Assembly: GCA_030390025.1 (NCBI GenBank)
Contig: CM059438.1
Coordinates: forward strand, 57,476,001-57,540,000
Length of the DNA: 64,000 bases
From: Squalus acanthias
Taxonomy: Eukaryota
Direction of reading: 5' to 3'
Shown: positions 26,378 to 39,598 of the stretch, one piece after another
How positions within the stretch are numbered: the first letter of the stretch is position 1
Layout of the letters: each line of letters opens with the position of its first letter
Program-made: the position numbers and the translations under genes
The notes under the pieces: model-generated
Database searches by the model: none
What the model was told of the DNA's origin: nothing
What the model saw: only the letters and a program-made list of their open reading frames with translations

Positions 26378-27584
26378 ATGGGTGCTGTTTATACTGTCTC
26401 ACCTTGGTCCTCAGAATCGGACCAAGATGAGCACCACAGCAGCAGCAACCACAACAGCAGCCTTCTCCTCAACAACCTGATGCTCCACTGGAGAGAGGGG
26501 TTCAGCGCAGGGCTGCACCGCACCGGAGGCGATACCCCCAACACAGGGTATACAGGAAGAGGATGAGCTACCTCAACATGACTGAGCAGCAGTGCCAAAG
26601 GAGGTTCAGGCTATTGCGCCAGTTCGTTGCAGACATTTGCAGCTTACTGGAACCAGGCCTGTAGCCCAGAGGACCTGGTGGACACGCCTTACCAGCAGCT
26701 GTCAAGGTCACCACCACCCTGAACTTCTTCACCTCAGGCTCCTTCCAGGGACCTGCAGCAGACATTTGCAGCATCTCACAGTCGGCCACCCACAGATGCA
26801 TCACCCAGGTCACCGATGCCCTGTTTAACAAGGCAGCCAATTATGTAAACTTTACCACTGATGAAACCAGTGTTACTGAGCGGGTGCTCGACTTTGCAGC
26901 TCTGGCTAGCTTCCCACGGGTGCAGGGATTCATTGACAGTACACATGTGGCCATCAAAGCAACCCTACATCACCCAGGAGTGTTTGTGAACTGCAAAGGC
27001 TTCCACTCCCTCCATGTGCAGTCATCTGCAACCATAGGAAGATGATCCTGCATGTGTGTGCCAGATTACCTGGCAGCTGTCATGACTCTTTTGTCCTGCG
27101 CCAGTCCACCCTCCCTCAGCTCCTCGCATCTCCAAACACACCTACCGGCTGGCTGCTTGGAGACAAGGGCTATCCACTAAAGACATGGCTCATGACCCCC
27201 TTGAGGAGGCCAAATAATGAGGCTGAGGAGCGTTATAATGAAAGCCACATGTCCACCAGATGTATCATAGAGTAAACAATAGGCATGCTGAAGATGCGCT
27301 TCAGATGCCTTGACAGATCTGGAGGAGCCCTTCAGTACGCACCAGCCAGGATCTCCAGAATAATCGTTGTTTGCTGCATGCTGCACAACATAGCGAAGCA
27401 GCAAGGATTGAAGCTGCATGAGGAGCAAGGCACACATCGCACAGCCTCTTCAGAGGAGGAGGAGCAACAGCTGGAAGACGAGGAGGAGGAGGAACAGAAA
27501 CCTGAGGTCGAGAAGGCACCAGCAGTGGCGCACATTGTTGCCCGGGAGGCCAGGGATGGCCTCATCATGGCCAGATTTACTTAA
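26378..27584 (+). pseudogene. Harbinger DDE transposase (HARBI1-like) with stops and frameshifts
   Basis: [59 protein letters not shown]. Confidence 0.9.
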
Positions 27585-27879
27585 CTTGATCCAATGCACC
27601 CATATGGCTGCCACATGCTGTACTAAGTTCCCCCCGCATCCCATCTCCCACCCCCAACCACACCATAAAGCATTCCTACAATGACCAACCCATTCCTTTC
27701 ACCCAAAGCCCCATCGCTCGAGGTCACGTAATGTCTCAACATCCACTGCAAGTCACAAAGCCACTTCCAAGGTAGCAGGCAAAAATGGGTAAGTAGTGAA
27801 AATAAAGACATTTATACGTGTCATAACAATAACGGAACTTGAACAATAACATTGCTTTATACACCCATGTGCAACCCCT

Positions 27880-30298
27880 GTGGCATCCGCAGAGGTAGAG
27901 GCAGGCTGCTCACTTCCCTGCTTCGACTGCTTTGACACTATTGGCGGACGTCCTTTGGGTTTTGGAGCCTGTGAGGGCCCAGCAGAAGACTGCTCCTCCT
28001 GTGACCGTGCAGGGGCAGACTCGGCCATCAGGATCCGAGGAAGCATGTAGGAGGCAATGGGGGAGAAGTGGGAGCACTTTGAGAGGAGCCCCCACTCCCA
28101 TGTCCCCTCTGACCATCATCCCTCTCATGGGCCACCTGCACTTCCCTGCTAGCAAGGAGCTGGAGAGCACCTTGCTGCACAGCAGTGGGGCCTTGAGGGC
28201 TCAAGTCTACATTTAGATCTCTCCTAGAGAGGAGATTTATGAACCTCTGCCATCTGTTCTCCATAGCAAACATGTGCTCATGTGAGTGACGCATTAGATG
28301 TTCCATGCAGGTGGCCATCCTTTCCATGGAACAGCACAACGTCGCCATCGCCTGTGACATAGTGGTGCTCATGTTGGAGATGCACTCCTCCATTCTCTGC
28401 ACATTTGCATCCATCGTGGCTGCAAACCTGCCAGAGCCTCCTGCATTTCTTGCTGGCCCTTCAGGATCATCCTCTTTCTCGATGGCCCCCAAGGCTCAGT
28501 GTCTGCATGCTGCTCAGCAGAGCTTGGAGCATCCTGCGCTCTCCGGCGAGGAGTCTCTACTGCTGTCCCTGTCAACACCATCTGCTCTTGCTCACTTATG
28601 AAGTGAGACACCAGGGGACAACACCACTCTATCTCACATAGGACCCACCGAGGTTTGTGTATCTGCGCTGCTGCTGGGTGCGTTTGGGTCTGGTGATGGT
28701 GCACCCTCAGAGGCTGGAGGCTCCTCTGAGAAGTCGTCTTCCTCCTCCGGCTGGACAGTGGTGGGGGCTCTTGATGGACCCGTGGGAGATGAAGGAGATG
28801 ATTTAGAAATGTTATATTAAGAATGGGTAACAATACCATTATGCACATGATCAACATTCACTGGCTGCTGACATCAGTCACCATATGAGTGACTGCTGTA
28901 CGCCATGTGGGTGTATGAGATGTAATTCTGTCACCAGGTTGCTGAGAGATCCCCATCTCTCCATCTCCCACCGTCAGCAGCTCTGCAACTCTTGACACCT
29001 CCAGGGCCACCTCCTCTGCTGCAGTCAAATTATTGAAGACTGGAGCCCCACCTCCAGTTCTCTGTCTCTCTCTGTTGTTGTGGGCTCTCTTCTCCTGCAA
29101 GGAGGGAAAGAAGAAAAGTGTGAGTAAGAATGATGGAATGAGTGTAAGGAATGTATGGGTTACATCTGTAGAGGGTGACTATGAGGAAGCTAGATGACAA
29201 TGCCAAATGGCCTCCTTCTGTGGTGTTACTTACTATTATTGCTTTAGGATGAGGGTGAGTGTTTTTTTAAATTTGTTTATGGGATGTGGGCGTCGCTGGC
29301 AAGGCCAGCATTTATTGCCCATCCCTAATTGCCCTTGAGAAGGTGGTGGTGAGCCGCCTTCTTGAACCGCTGCAGTCCGCGTGGTGAAGGTACTCCCACA
29401 GTGCTGTTAGGGAGGGAGTTCCAGGATTTTGACCCAGTGACGATGAAGGATCGGCAATATATTTCTAAGTCAGGATGATGTGTGATTTGGAGGAGAACTA
29501 GGAGGTGGTGGTGTTCCCATGCGCCTGCTGCCCTTGTCCTAAGTGGAAGAGGTTGCGGGTTCGGGAGGTGCTACCGAAGAAGCCTTGGCGAGTTGCTGCA
29601 GTGCATCTTGTAGATGGTACACACTGCAGCCACGGTATGCCGGTGGTGGAGGGAGTGAATGTTTAAGGTGATGGATGGGGTGCCAATCAAGCGGGCTGAG
29701 TTGCACTCATCCAGGCAAGTGGAGAGTATTCCATCACACTCCTTACTTGTGCCTTGTAGATGGTGGAAAGGCTTTGGGGAGTCAGGAGGTGAGACACTCG
29801 CCGCGGAATACCCAGCCTCTGACCTGCTCTTGTTGCCACAGTATTTATGTGGCTGGTCCCGTTAAGTTTCTGGTCAATGGTGTGAAGGGTGGTTAGTCAG
29901 ATGGGGATGTGAGTATGTACAGAGAGAGAGAGGGATGGGTGGACCTGGAAGGTTGTTGGTGTGAGGAATTATGTGAACGAGTAGGCTTGGAAAGGCAGAG
30001 TGATGGGGATATGGTGACATGAACATCAGGATGAAGGTGAGGGTGGCTTGGCACTCACCTTTCCTGACCTCTTCAAATCATTGAATCTCTTCCTGCAGTG
30101 GATCTAGATCCTCCTCACAACCTCCCTGCTGCTGACCTCCTCTTCTATTTTGAGCAAGGCCCTTTTTGTCTCTTGGGGAGGTCTCTTGCACCCATCTGCT
30201 GGGAAGAGGACCTCCCTGCGTGCTCGTACTGCCTCCACCAGAATATGCAGCTAGGCATCTGTAAACCGGGGTGCAGCCCTCTGCCTTTGGGTCGTCAT
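27880..30298 (-). pseudogene. Harbinger Myb/SANT DNA-binding partner gene, spliced and decayed
   Basis: Exon 1 (30298-30059) MTTQRQRAAPRFTDA*LHILVEAVRARREVLF..CRKRFNDLKRSGK followed by gtgagt. Exon 2 from ~29094 EKRAHNNRERQRTGGGAP. Further coding sequence 28780-27880. Confidence 0.75.
29261..29881 (-). mobile_element. LINE 3' fragment (same family as 262-2812) in the intron of the Harbinger Myb gene
   Basis: Homologous to 262-925, with an internal deletion and a T-run. Confidence 0.88.
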
Positions 30299-30599
30299 GT
30301 TTTCATGTTCGCAAAATAAATCCAACCTTTACAACGATGCTTACACACTCCTTTACCAACCTTCAAATGACTTGTGTGCAAGGCTGCTTTAAATATGGGC
30401 ACTGGAAATGAGTCATCAATGATGTCAACAGACCCGCACCCTTTAATAGGGCCGGTTTAATTGGGGCCATTATGTGTTAAAGTCGCACTGAGGAGCGGGC
30501 TGATCAACACATTGCGTTCCCGACCCGCTACGCGGCCCGCACGCACCTGACCCGACTCTGAAGTGAAAATTCCAGCCATAGTGTCTGGCTGAAGGGTTA

Positions 30600-31800
30600 G
30601 TATCCATTGTCTCTCGTCTGAAGAATCTTAGGATCTGCAGATCATGGGTTCAGCATTTAGAAGTATGATGCTGGCAGAGCATCAATGCAGGATTTAAGGA
30701 CTGTATCAGTCAGCGTGCTGCAGATGGGTGGAGGAGCTCATCAGCAGCATGTACAGCCTTTTGGAGGCCCATTTAAATGCACTGCATAAACAATCATGGA
30801 GTGTGCAGCAGCTTCAGAGACATTTGCCCCATGACAGAGGCCCAAATGGCACACTTTGCTTCCTGTATCGATGATCAGATTTCTGCAATACTGGCCTCCG
30901 ATGCCAGATTGATGAGAGCTGGCTCTTCTGTTCTGGACAGGCTTGGCGACAAGCATCACACAGAGCTGCACTGATGTTATTTGCGACCATTAGGTTTGCT
31001 TTCCTGCAAGTCAATGCCATACACAACCAATTCCCAGTAGGAGTGGTATGGAAGGAAGATGCTCAGACAGCAGCATATGTATCCTCCTGCCAGCCCCCCT
31101 CCAATGCCTGCATATGTGGTGAAAAGGACGCAGGGCCAGGCGGCCCACACAGTGGCAGCAGAGGTCCAGCCTGCAGCAGGTCCAAGAGACTCATCCTAAC
31201 ACACATGAACCTGCTGCTCAAGTAGCACTAAAGTTTGGCTGGTAGTTTATAGACTGTCGCAAAGGGGTTGTTAAAAGCAAATAAAATTATGATAGGACTA
31301 AAGTTAATGTGTACAGAGAAGGATCTGTAGATGATGGTATCTTTCTGTGGGAAGGAGGGGAGGGGAGACAGGGCTGTTAAGGCAATGGCCAGTAATCAAG
31401 AGAAGGTCTCCAGTATCAGATTGGCAGAAATGACTCCTGCAGTGAGCAGCAGGTTGTCCTCTACATCTTCCTCAGGTAGCAGCTCCTCTTGCTGATGCCC
31501 CCCTACTCCTGATGAGGGGCCTTCATTTTTGTACGGTCAGGCTGTCATCAGACTATACTGAAGGACACTCCCAGATTGATTTAGCTACCTGAAGAGTGCC
31601 TTCAACAAGCCAAGTTCAGTGATGATTCAGGTGGATGAATGAACCTTGTTATGGTTCTGCTCAGCCGGCATCCTGCAAAAGGGAATATTATCAGCCAAGG
31701 CTGCTGTGCGTAGTCTTTGTCTCCAAGGAGCCACACAGAGTTGTCTTTCTGGGTTAAAGAGTGGTGGCATGGTGAAGTTGCTTAAAATAAAATCATCACA
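30600..31800. mobile_element. Highly decayed Harbinger-like remnant
   Basis: Minus strand 31450-31780 reads ..GLLKALFR*LNQSGSVLQYS, matching the transposase C-terminus. Confidence 0.5.
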
Positions 31801-33177
31801 GCTCTGGCACAGGCGCCTTGGATTGGAAAATTACCAATGTCACTCCATTACTTAAGAAGGGTAGGAGAGATCAACCAGGAAATTACAGGCATATTAGTCT
31901 ATGAGGAGGGTTCATCCTGTGCTGTAATTTCTATAATTCGATGAAAGTACCTTTATTGAGGCGAGTCCAGGGAGTGGTTTAGAAATGTTGGTGCTGAGCT
32001 AAGTTCAGGACGATGTGCCGCTGCCCTTTGTGCGATTTCTCAGTTTAGTTCAGGTTGGTCTGTTTTGTCTGTTGGTCTGACGGTTTTGACATGTCAAGTC
32101 CAAGTACAAATCGGTTCTGACAGAGGATCCCAGTTCAGAGTTGTCACCTTCACACAGAACTTCAGTCCAAACCAGAGTTGAAGGAGACAGGGAGAAAAAG
32201 GGGGCATGCTGAAAGTGGCATCAACTGGGGAGCAGGGAGGTTTCTGATTGTAGTTACAGGGTGAGTATCAGTGGGTTAAAGATACGATATCGGGCCATTA
32301 CACCTATTACAGCAGTTACATGTAGACTATCAGTGAACTACTGCATTAATGTTGGTTATGAGGGGAATCTGTGTATTACCAGGATTACCATTGGTTATTG
32401 GTGCAATTTTAGTGAGTTACTATTAGTTACTGGTGAATCAAAGTTCCTCCCACCTCTGGTTTCCCCCCATGATTTAATCCCTCCACCTTCCGTTTCTCCC
32501 CTGCCCCGCCCCCGGTTTCCCCTCTTCACCTACTCTTTGGTGACCTCCTGGTTCTCGGAATGCCTCGCACAACAGCTGCAGGCACGAAACCATGAGCAAA
32601 GATATTCAACCACAGGGGACCCAACCCTGAGAAGGTAAATGCAATAATATTTGCAAACACCACGTGATCAGATGTCACATGGTCAGATATCACGTGATAA
32701 AACCTCCAGGAATACCTCAAACAAGAGTTGGCAACACTACCTGTCAATGGGAAAGCTATAAAGTTACGAGGTCTACAGTGAAATGTATCTGAGGCTTGCT
32801 TGGTGCTCTGTGCACAGCTGTTTGACTAATGTTACAGGTGTCCCCAGTGATGTTGGTAACCTTAACAACCACTGGCAGACTTTATCATATGATGGAGGTA
32901 AACTGCAGGTCCACTTACAGATGTGGGATAACTCTGTGACAGCTTCTTTTATAAAGCAAAGCTTCTGCAGGTTATGCTCTTTGGTTAAAGACAGGTAGGA
33001 ACACCTAAGGTTGTATACTCCTGTTTGAGGATTGGGTGCCATGTATCTATGGCGTACGAACAATTCACAGGGCAGCATGTGACTGACCCACTGAGCAACT
33101 ACAGGAGGAAGGGCTACTGGGAAAAAGAGTGAGAAATGAGAAAATAATCAAGAAACAAACAAGGCAAAATATCTTAC

Positions 33178-33204
33178 TTTAAAATATCCTCTTCGTTGCT
33201 AATC
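33178..33204 (-). CDS. 27-nt micro-exon (type D), phase 2/2, encodes ISNEEDIL
   Basis: Minus strand reads ttttaatttctag|GATTAGCAACGAAGAGGATATTTTAAA|gtaagat. Phases 0 and 1 contain stops. The flank 33055-33177 is homologous to 49355-49460. Confidence 0.78.
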
Positions 33205-33540
33205 CTAGAAATTAAAATCAATCATGTCAGACAAGAATTACATAGAAATTAGAACATGAAAAAGGATTCAGCCCAGCCAGTCTGTGTTGGTTTTTATTCT
33301 CCACGAGCCGTATTCCTAATCCCATGTGCCCACCCTGGTCCCCATACCTTTATCCCCCTTTCCGTCAACCACCATATTCTTAAATGGTGGCATTGGCCCT
33401 GAATTTGCTGGGAAAATAATGGGGAGTTTAATGTGTATGCTGTTATTACTCCATAAATAACCCAGCAATTTGTGGCGAGGAAGAGATACCTCACGAGTTG
33501 CAAATCGTCTCAAATAGCTGGGCGACTTGCGTCACTCGCA

Positions 33541-36500
33541 ACAGAGAGGGTCATAGACATAGGTAGCAGTAGGGGAATCACAAATCAGAGCGTGGCAGGA
33601 AGGGACAGAGTGTGTGGAGTAAAAGGTAAACTGGTAAAAAGTGAAAAAGCAGGAACTAAGTGCCACAAAGCATATTTGAAAGTTCTCTATCTGAATGCAC
33701 GTAGCATTCGTAACAAAATAGACGAGTTAATGGCACAAATAACTACATATGGTTATGATATTGTGGCCATTACAGAAACATGGCTGCAGGGTGACAATGC
33801 CTGGGAATTAAACATACCAGGTTATTTAACGATCAGGAAGGACAGGCAGGAAGGAAGGGGAGGTGGGGTGGCTATGTTAATAAAGGAAGGAATCACTGTA
33901 ATACAGAGTAATGATATTGGGTCAAAAAATCATGATAATGAAACAGTTTGGGTGGAGATAAGGAATAATAAGGGGAAAAAAACATTAGTGGGCGTAGTCT
34001 ATAGGCCTCCGAACAGTTGCAACTCTATTGGACGGAGTATCAATCAGGAAATAGTTGAGGCATGTAATAAGGGAACATCTATAATTATGGGGGATTTTAA
34101 CTATCATATTAATTGGACAAATCAAATGGGGCAGGGCTGCCTTGAGGATGAGTTCATTGAGTGTATTAGGGATGGGTTTCTTGAGCAGTATGTAACTGAA
34201 CCGACCAGGGGGCAAGCAACCTTAGATCTGGTCCTGTGTAACGAGACAGGATTAATTAAAAATGTCCTAGTAAAGGATCCCCTTGGAATGAGTGACCATA
34301 ACATGGTTGAATTCCATATTCAATTAGAGGGTGAGAAGGTTGGATCTCAAACAAGCGTGCTAAGCTTGAATAAAGGAGACTATGAAGGTATGCGAGCGGA
34401 ATTGAGTAGAGTGGATTGGGAAAATAGATTAAAGGGTAAGACGACACATGATCAGTGGTGTACATTCAAGGAGTTATTTTACAACTTCCAAAAAAAATAT
34501 ATTCCACTGAAAAGAAAAGGGTGTAAAAGAAAGGACAGTCATCCGTGGCTAAGTAAAGAAATTAAGGATAGTATTCGACTAAAAACAAGGGCATATAAGG
34601 TAGCGAAATCTAGTGGGAGGACAGAGGATTGGGACAACTTTAAAAGGCAGCAAAAAATAACAAAAAGATTGATTAAGAAAGGGAAGATAGATTATGAAAG
34701 TAAATTAGCAAAAAATATAAAAACAGATAGTAAGAGTTTTTATAGTTATATAAAAAGAAAAAGGGTGGCTAAAGTAAATGTTGGTCCCTTAGAGGATGAG
34801 ACCGGGAAATTAATGGTGGGAAATATGGAGATGGCAAAAACACTGAATGAATATTTTGTATCAGTCTTTACAGTAGAGGACACTAAGAATATCCCAACAC
34901 TGGACAAACAGGGGGCTATAGGGGGAGAGGAGCTAAACACGATCAAAATCACTAAGGAAGTGGTACTCGGTAAAATAATGGGACTCAAGGCGGATAAATC
35001 ACCTGGACCTGATGGCTTACATCCTAGAGTCTTGAAGGAAGTGGCGGTAGGGATTGTAGATGCATTGGTAATAATTTTTCAAAACTCCCTGGATTCCGCT
35101 AAGGTCCCGGCAGACTGGAAAACTGCTAATGTAACACCCTTATTTAAAAAGGGCAGTAGACAGAAGGCTGGTAACTATAGACCGGTTAGCCTAACATCTG
35201 TGGTAGGTAAAATTTTGGAGTCCATTATTAAGGAAACAGTAACAGGACATTTGGATAATCATAATTTAATAGGACAAAGTCAGCATGGTTTTACGAAGGG
35301 GAAGTCATGTTTGACAAATTTGCTGGAGTTCTTTGAGGAAGTAACATATAGAGTGGATAAAGGGGAACCAGTGGACGTAGTGTATTTAGACTTCCAAAAG
35401 GCATTTGACAAGGTGCCACACAAAAGATTATTGCTTAAGGTAAAAAATCACGGGATTGGGGGTAATATTCTGGCATGGATAGAGGATTGGCTATCTAACA
35501 GAAAGCAAAGAGTTGGGATAAATGGTTCATTCTCAGACTGGCAATCAGTAACTAGTGGTGTTCCACAGGGGTCAGTGCTGGGTCCCCAACTCTTCACAAT
35601 CTATGTTAACGATTTGGAGGAAGGGACCAAGTGTAACATATCAAAATTTGCAGATGATACAAAGATGGGAGGGAAAGTAGTGAGTGAGGAGGACATAAAA
35701 AACCTGCAAGGGGACATAGACAGGCTAAGTAAGTGGGCAGAGATTTGGCAGATGGAATACAACACTGGAAAGTGTGAGGTGATGCACTTTGGCAGGAAAA
35801 ATCCTAGAGCAATTTATTATCTTAATGCCAAGAAACTGGAGAGTACTGAAGTGCAAAGGGATCTGGGGGTCCTGGGGTACGAAACTCAAAAGGTTAGTAT
35901 GCAGGTGCAGCAAGTGATTAAGAAGGCAAATGGAATGTTGGCTTTCATTGCTAGGGGGATAGAATATAAAAATAGGGAGGTATTGCTTCAGTTGTACAAG
36001 GTATTGGTGAGACCGCACCTGGAATACTGCATACAGTTTTGGTGTCCTTACTTAAGGAAAGACATCCTTGCTCTCGAGGCAGTGCAAAAAACGTTCACTC
36101 GGTTAATCCCGGGGATGAGGGGGTGGTCATATGAGGAGAGGTTGGGTAGATTGGGACTCTACTCATTGGAGTTCAGAAGAATGAGAGGCGATCTTATTGA
36201 AACATATAAGATTGTGAAGGGGTTGGATCGGGTGGATGCGGGGAGGATGTTCCCGATGACGGGTGAGACGAGAACTAGGGGACATAGTCTTAGAATAAGG
36301 GGCTGCTCTTTCAAAACTGAGATGAGGAGGAACTACTTCACTCAGAGGGTGGTAGGTCCATGGAATATGCTGCCACAAAAAGCTGTAGAAGCTACAACAT
36401 TAATTAAATTTAAAACAGAAATAGACAGTTTCCTAGAAGTAAAGGGCATTAAGGGTTACGGGGAGCGGGCAGGAATTTGGACATGAGTCTAGGTTCGGAT

Positions 36501-36716
36501 CGGTCATGGCCCTGTGGGTAGTGGAGCGGGCCCAGGGACTGTGTAGCCTGATTCTGCTCCTATTTCGTGTGTGCAATTCTGTTAGATGCAGGAGATGGTT
36601 CTGTGATAGATAGTAGATTGGCGGTTAGGATCAGATCAGCCATGATCTTATTGAATGGCGGAGCAGGCTCGAGGGGCCGATTGGCCTACTCCTGCTCCTA
36701 TTTCTTATGTTCTTAT
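33541..36716 (+). mobile_element. Young CR1 LINE with uninterrupted ORF2 (APE endonuclease plus RT)
   Basis: Open frame to 36486 with [47 protein letters not shown] and FADD. ORF1 is absent (5' truncated). Confidence 0.95.
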
Positions 36717-36944
36717 TAGCTCCCCATGAGTGGCAAAAAATTGCTGCATTTGTGCTTTAAAAACAAATTCAACTCCCCACAGACAGTTAGGGCTGCTATT
36801 CAATGGCAAGGACCCTGTTAATCTGGTAATTTATGTTTCCAAAGGCCTTCCACTTTGAAACCAGTTAGCAATTAATGATAATTGTACTGGACATGTTAAT
36901 AAAGCACACAACCAGGATGCAAGTTAAACTGGGGATTTTATAAA

Positions 36945-38660
36945 AGGAAGTAAATCCTGAATTCAGTACTCTAGATGGTGTCTAACCAGAGCTTTATATA
37001 ACCGTAACATAACTACTGCCCCTTTGTACTCCAGTCCTCTTGAGATAAAGGCCAACATTCCATTTGCATTTTTAATTATTTTTGTGCCTGTCCACTAACT
37101 TTTAGGACTGGATTTTCTCAATGGAGACGTACTGGAAGCGGGACTTCTGGTTTCCGGGTTTCAGTTCCGGCCCCAGCGACATCTGACCAACCCACGCTAT
37201 TTTCCCTTGATTGGCCTTGTTAAGCCCGCCTGGCCAATTAAGGGAAAGCCGGTGACAGATGACGTCAGCGTATGACGCTTCATCTGTCGAAATTTTTTTG
37301 ACAGATGAATTGTCAGCGTTTGACAGCTTTGAGAAGCTGTCAAACACTGACAATCTCTGTTCTAAGGTGAGCCCTTGCACACAGGCTCACCAAGACCTCT
37401 CTCCTCAGCAGAAAGCAGATGGCTGCAGCATCTGAGAATGCAGCAGCCATTCTGTCATCTCTGCCGTTGAGATGAGGCACCTCCGGATCCTCAAAGGTTG
37501 AAGCCTGCAGAAAGAAGCAAAGGTAAGGAAACTTTTTCCAACACTTTACACTCACCTCTCATACTTACCTGTCCACACTTGCACCCTTCACTCACCTCTA
37601 CAGCTGACATTTCGACCCCTCTCACCCCCGCAGACCCACTGCTCACCTCGCTGACCCTGGTGAGGTTCGCAGTCGTCGGGAAGCCCGCAATTGCAGGCGT
37701 AAAATGAGGAAAAGCCTCAAAACTGCCTGTTAAGTACCTGTTAAGAGGCAGTTAATTGGCTCTAATCCCCTTCCCGCCTCGAGGAGACGGGTCCCTGCGC
37801 GACTCAGGGACCCGCCTCCTGGAAAGATGGCACGAAGGCGAGTTGAGAGCGGGGTCGGAACCCGCTCCCAGTTTCTGCCATTTTCCCGGCAGTCCCGCCT
37901 CCATACCTGCCTCCCCAGGGCTGGGAAAATTCCCCCCTTAGTGAATTCTGTACTTGGACTCCTAAATCTCTGCTCCTCCACAGTTCCTAGCTTCTCACCA
38001 TTTAAAAAAATACTCTGATCTATCTTTCTTGGGTCCAAAGTGGATGACCTCACACTTCCCCATATCAACTCCATCTGCCATAATTTTGCCCACTCACTTA
38101 ATCTATCAATGTCCTTTTGCAACTTTCTGGTTCCATCTACATTATTTACTGTACCACCTAACTTGGTGTCATCAGCAAACATGGAAATATGGCTCTCTAT
38201 TCCCTTAGCTAAGTCATTTATAAATATAGTGAAAAGCCGAGTCCCCAGTAAAGATCCCTGGGAGACATCACTCGTCACGTTCTGCCAACTTTATTACATA
38301 CCCATTAACCCTACTCCCTGTCTCCTAACTCCTAACCAATTCCCTACCCATGTCAATAGGTTTCCTCCAATTCCATGTGCTCTCATTTTTGTTAACAGTC
38401 TCTCATGCAGAACCTTATCGAATGCCTTCTGGAAGTCCATATCAATAACATCCCTAGACACTCCCTTATCCACCACGTTAGTGACCTCCTCAAAAAAATC
38501 AACTAGGTTTATTAGACAAATCCATGCTGACTCTCTGATCAGTTCATGTTTGTCCAAGTGCTAAGTCACTCTGTAACTAAACCAAATTTTAGTAACTTCC
38601 CCACAAATGACATTCGACTAATATGCCTATAATTTCCTGGTTGATCTCTCCTACCCTTCT
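36945..38660 (-). mobile_element. Decayed CR1 RT fragment split by a TIR element
   Basis: FADDTKLGG and DFQKAFDKV in ORFs 37730-38557. Continuation at 36945-37100. Confidence 0.8.
37104..37937. mobile_element. Non-autonomous Harbinger-like TIR element
   Basis: Ends ggactggattttc and gaaaattccccc. Internal hairpin tttgacagc..gctgtcaaa. Inverted homolog at 38756-39598. Confidence 0.65.
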
Positions 38661-38755
38661 TAAGTAATTGGCAATTTTCCAATCCAAGGGGGCAATTCCT
38701 GAAAAGAGAGTTTTGGAAGATGCCCCGCTGCACCAGATTCTGGGCCAAAGTCTTT

Positions 38756-39598
38756 GGGCTGGATTTTCAATGACCCGTGGAGTCGGGTTTGGAGGCGGGG
38801 GGGGGGGGGTTAAAGTTGCAGATTCGGGGGTCCCGACCCCATCCCGCCTCCAACCCACCTCGATGCCAGTTTCTCTGGCGGCGGGTACCCGACCTGTTCT
38901 GAGACCCGACTCCCCGAGGCGGGAAGGGATTAGTGACAATTAACTGCCTGTTAACAGGTAGTTAACAGACAGTTTTTTGCATAATCCCTATTTTAAAAAG
39001 AAAAGTGTGGGCTTCCCGACAGGTGGCAACCACGCCAAGTTATCGGGGCGGGCCGTGGGTCTGCTGGGGTTGGAGGGGTCGATATGTCCGGTGGGCAGGT
39101 GAGTGATGGGTGCATGTGTGCAGAGGTAAGTGTGTAAGGTAAGTGCAAAGTGTGGAAAGTTTTACTTACCTTAACTTCCTCCTGCAGGTGTCAGCCCTTC
39201 AGTTCTCGGGAGTTAGAAATCTCACCGGCACAGAAAGCAGAAAAGCCGTGGTTCTGTCAAAAACTTCAGCCTTCTGTTTTCTGTGGTGAAATGATTTCTA
39301 ACTCAGCCTGAGAGGAAGGACTGAAGTTAGAAATCATATTGTGAGTGTTTGACAGCTTCACAGAGCTGTCAAACGCTGATATTTCATCTGTCAAAAGCTC
39401 TTGACAGATGAAATGTCAGTCTGTGACGTCACCTGTTGCCGGGTGGCCCTTAATTGGCCTGCTGAGCCCACTGGGCGGGCTCAACAAGGCCAATCAAGGT
39501 AAAATACAGTGGGTTGGCCACATCTCGATGGAGGCGGGTTCACAAGCCAGAATGTGTGATTCCCGACACCAACCCGACCCCAGCTTCAAAATCCAACT
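38756..39598. mobile_element. Non-autonomous Harbinger-like TIR element (inverted relative of 37104-37937)
   Basis: Ends gggctggattttc and aaaatccaact. Shared internal motifs in reverse orientation. Confidence 0.65.

Larger units (their letters stand above)
25832..30577 (+). mobile_element. Near full-length but decayed PIF/Harbinger DNA transposon
   Basis: TIR-like ends gggccagaattttc and gaaaattccagcc. Convergent transposase and Myb/SANT genes. Confidence 0.88.

Noticed and set aside
33472..33540. N-terminal extension of the 1004-aa ORF as a host-TE fusion
   Set aside because: It starts at GTG in flanking TIR-element sequence; chance read-through into the truncated CR1.
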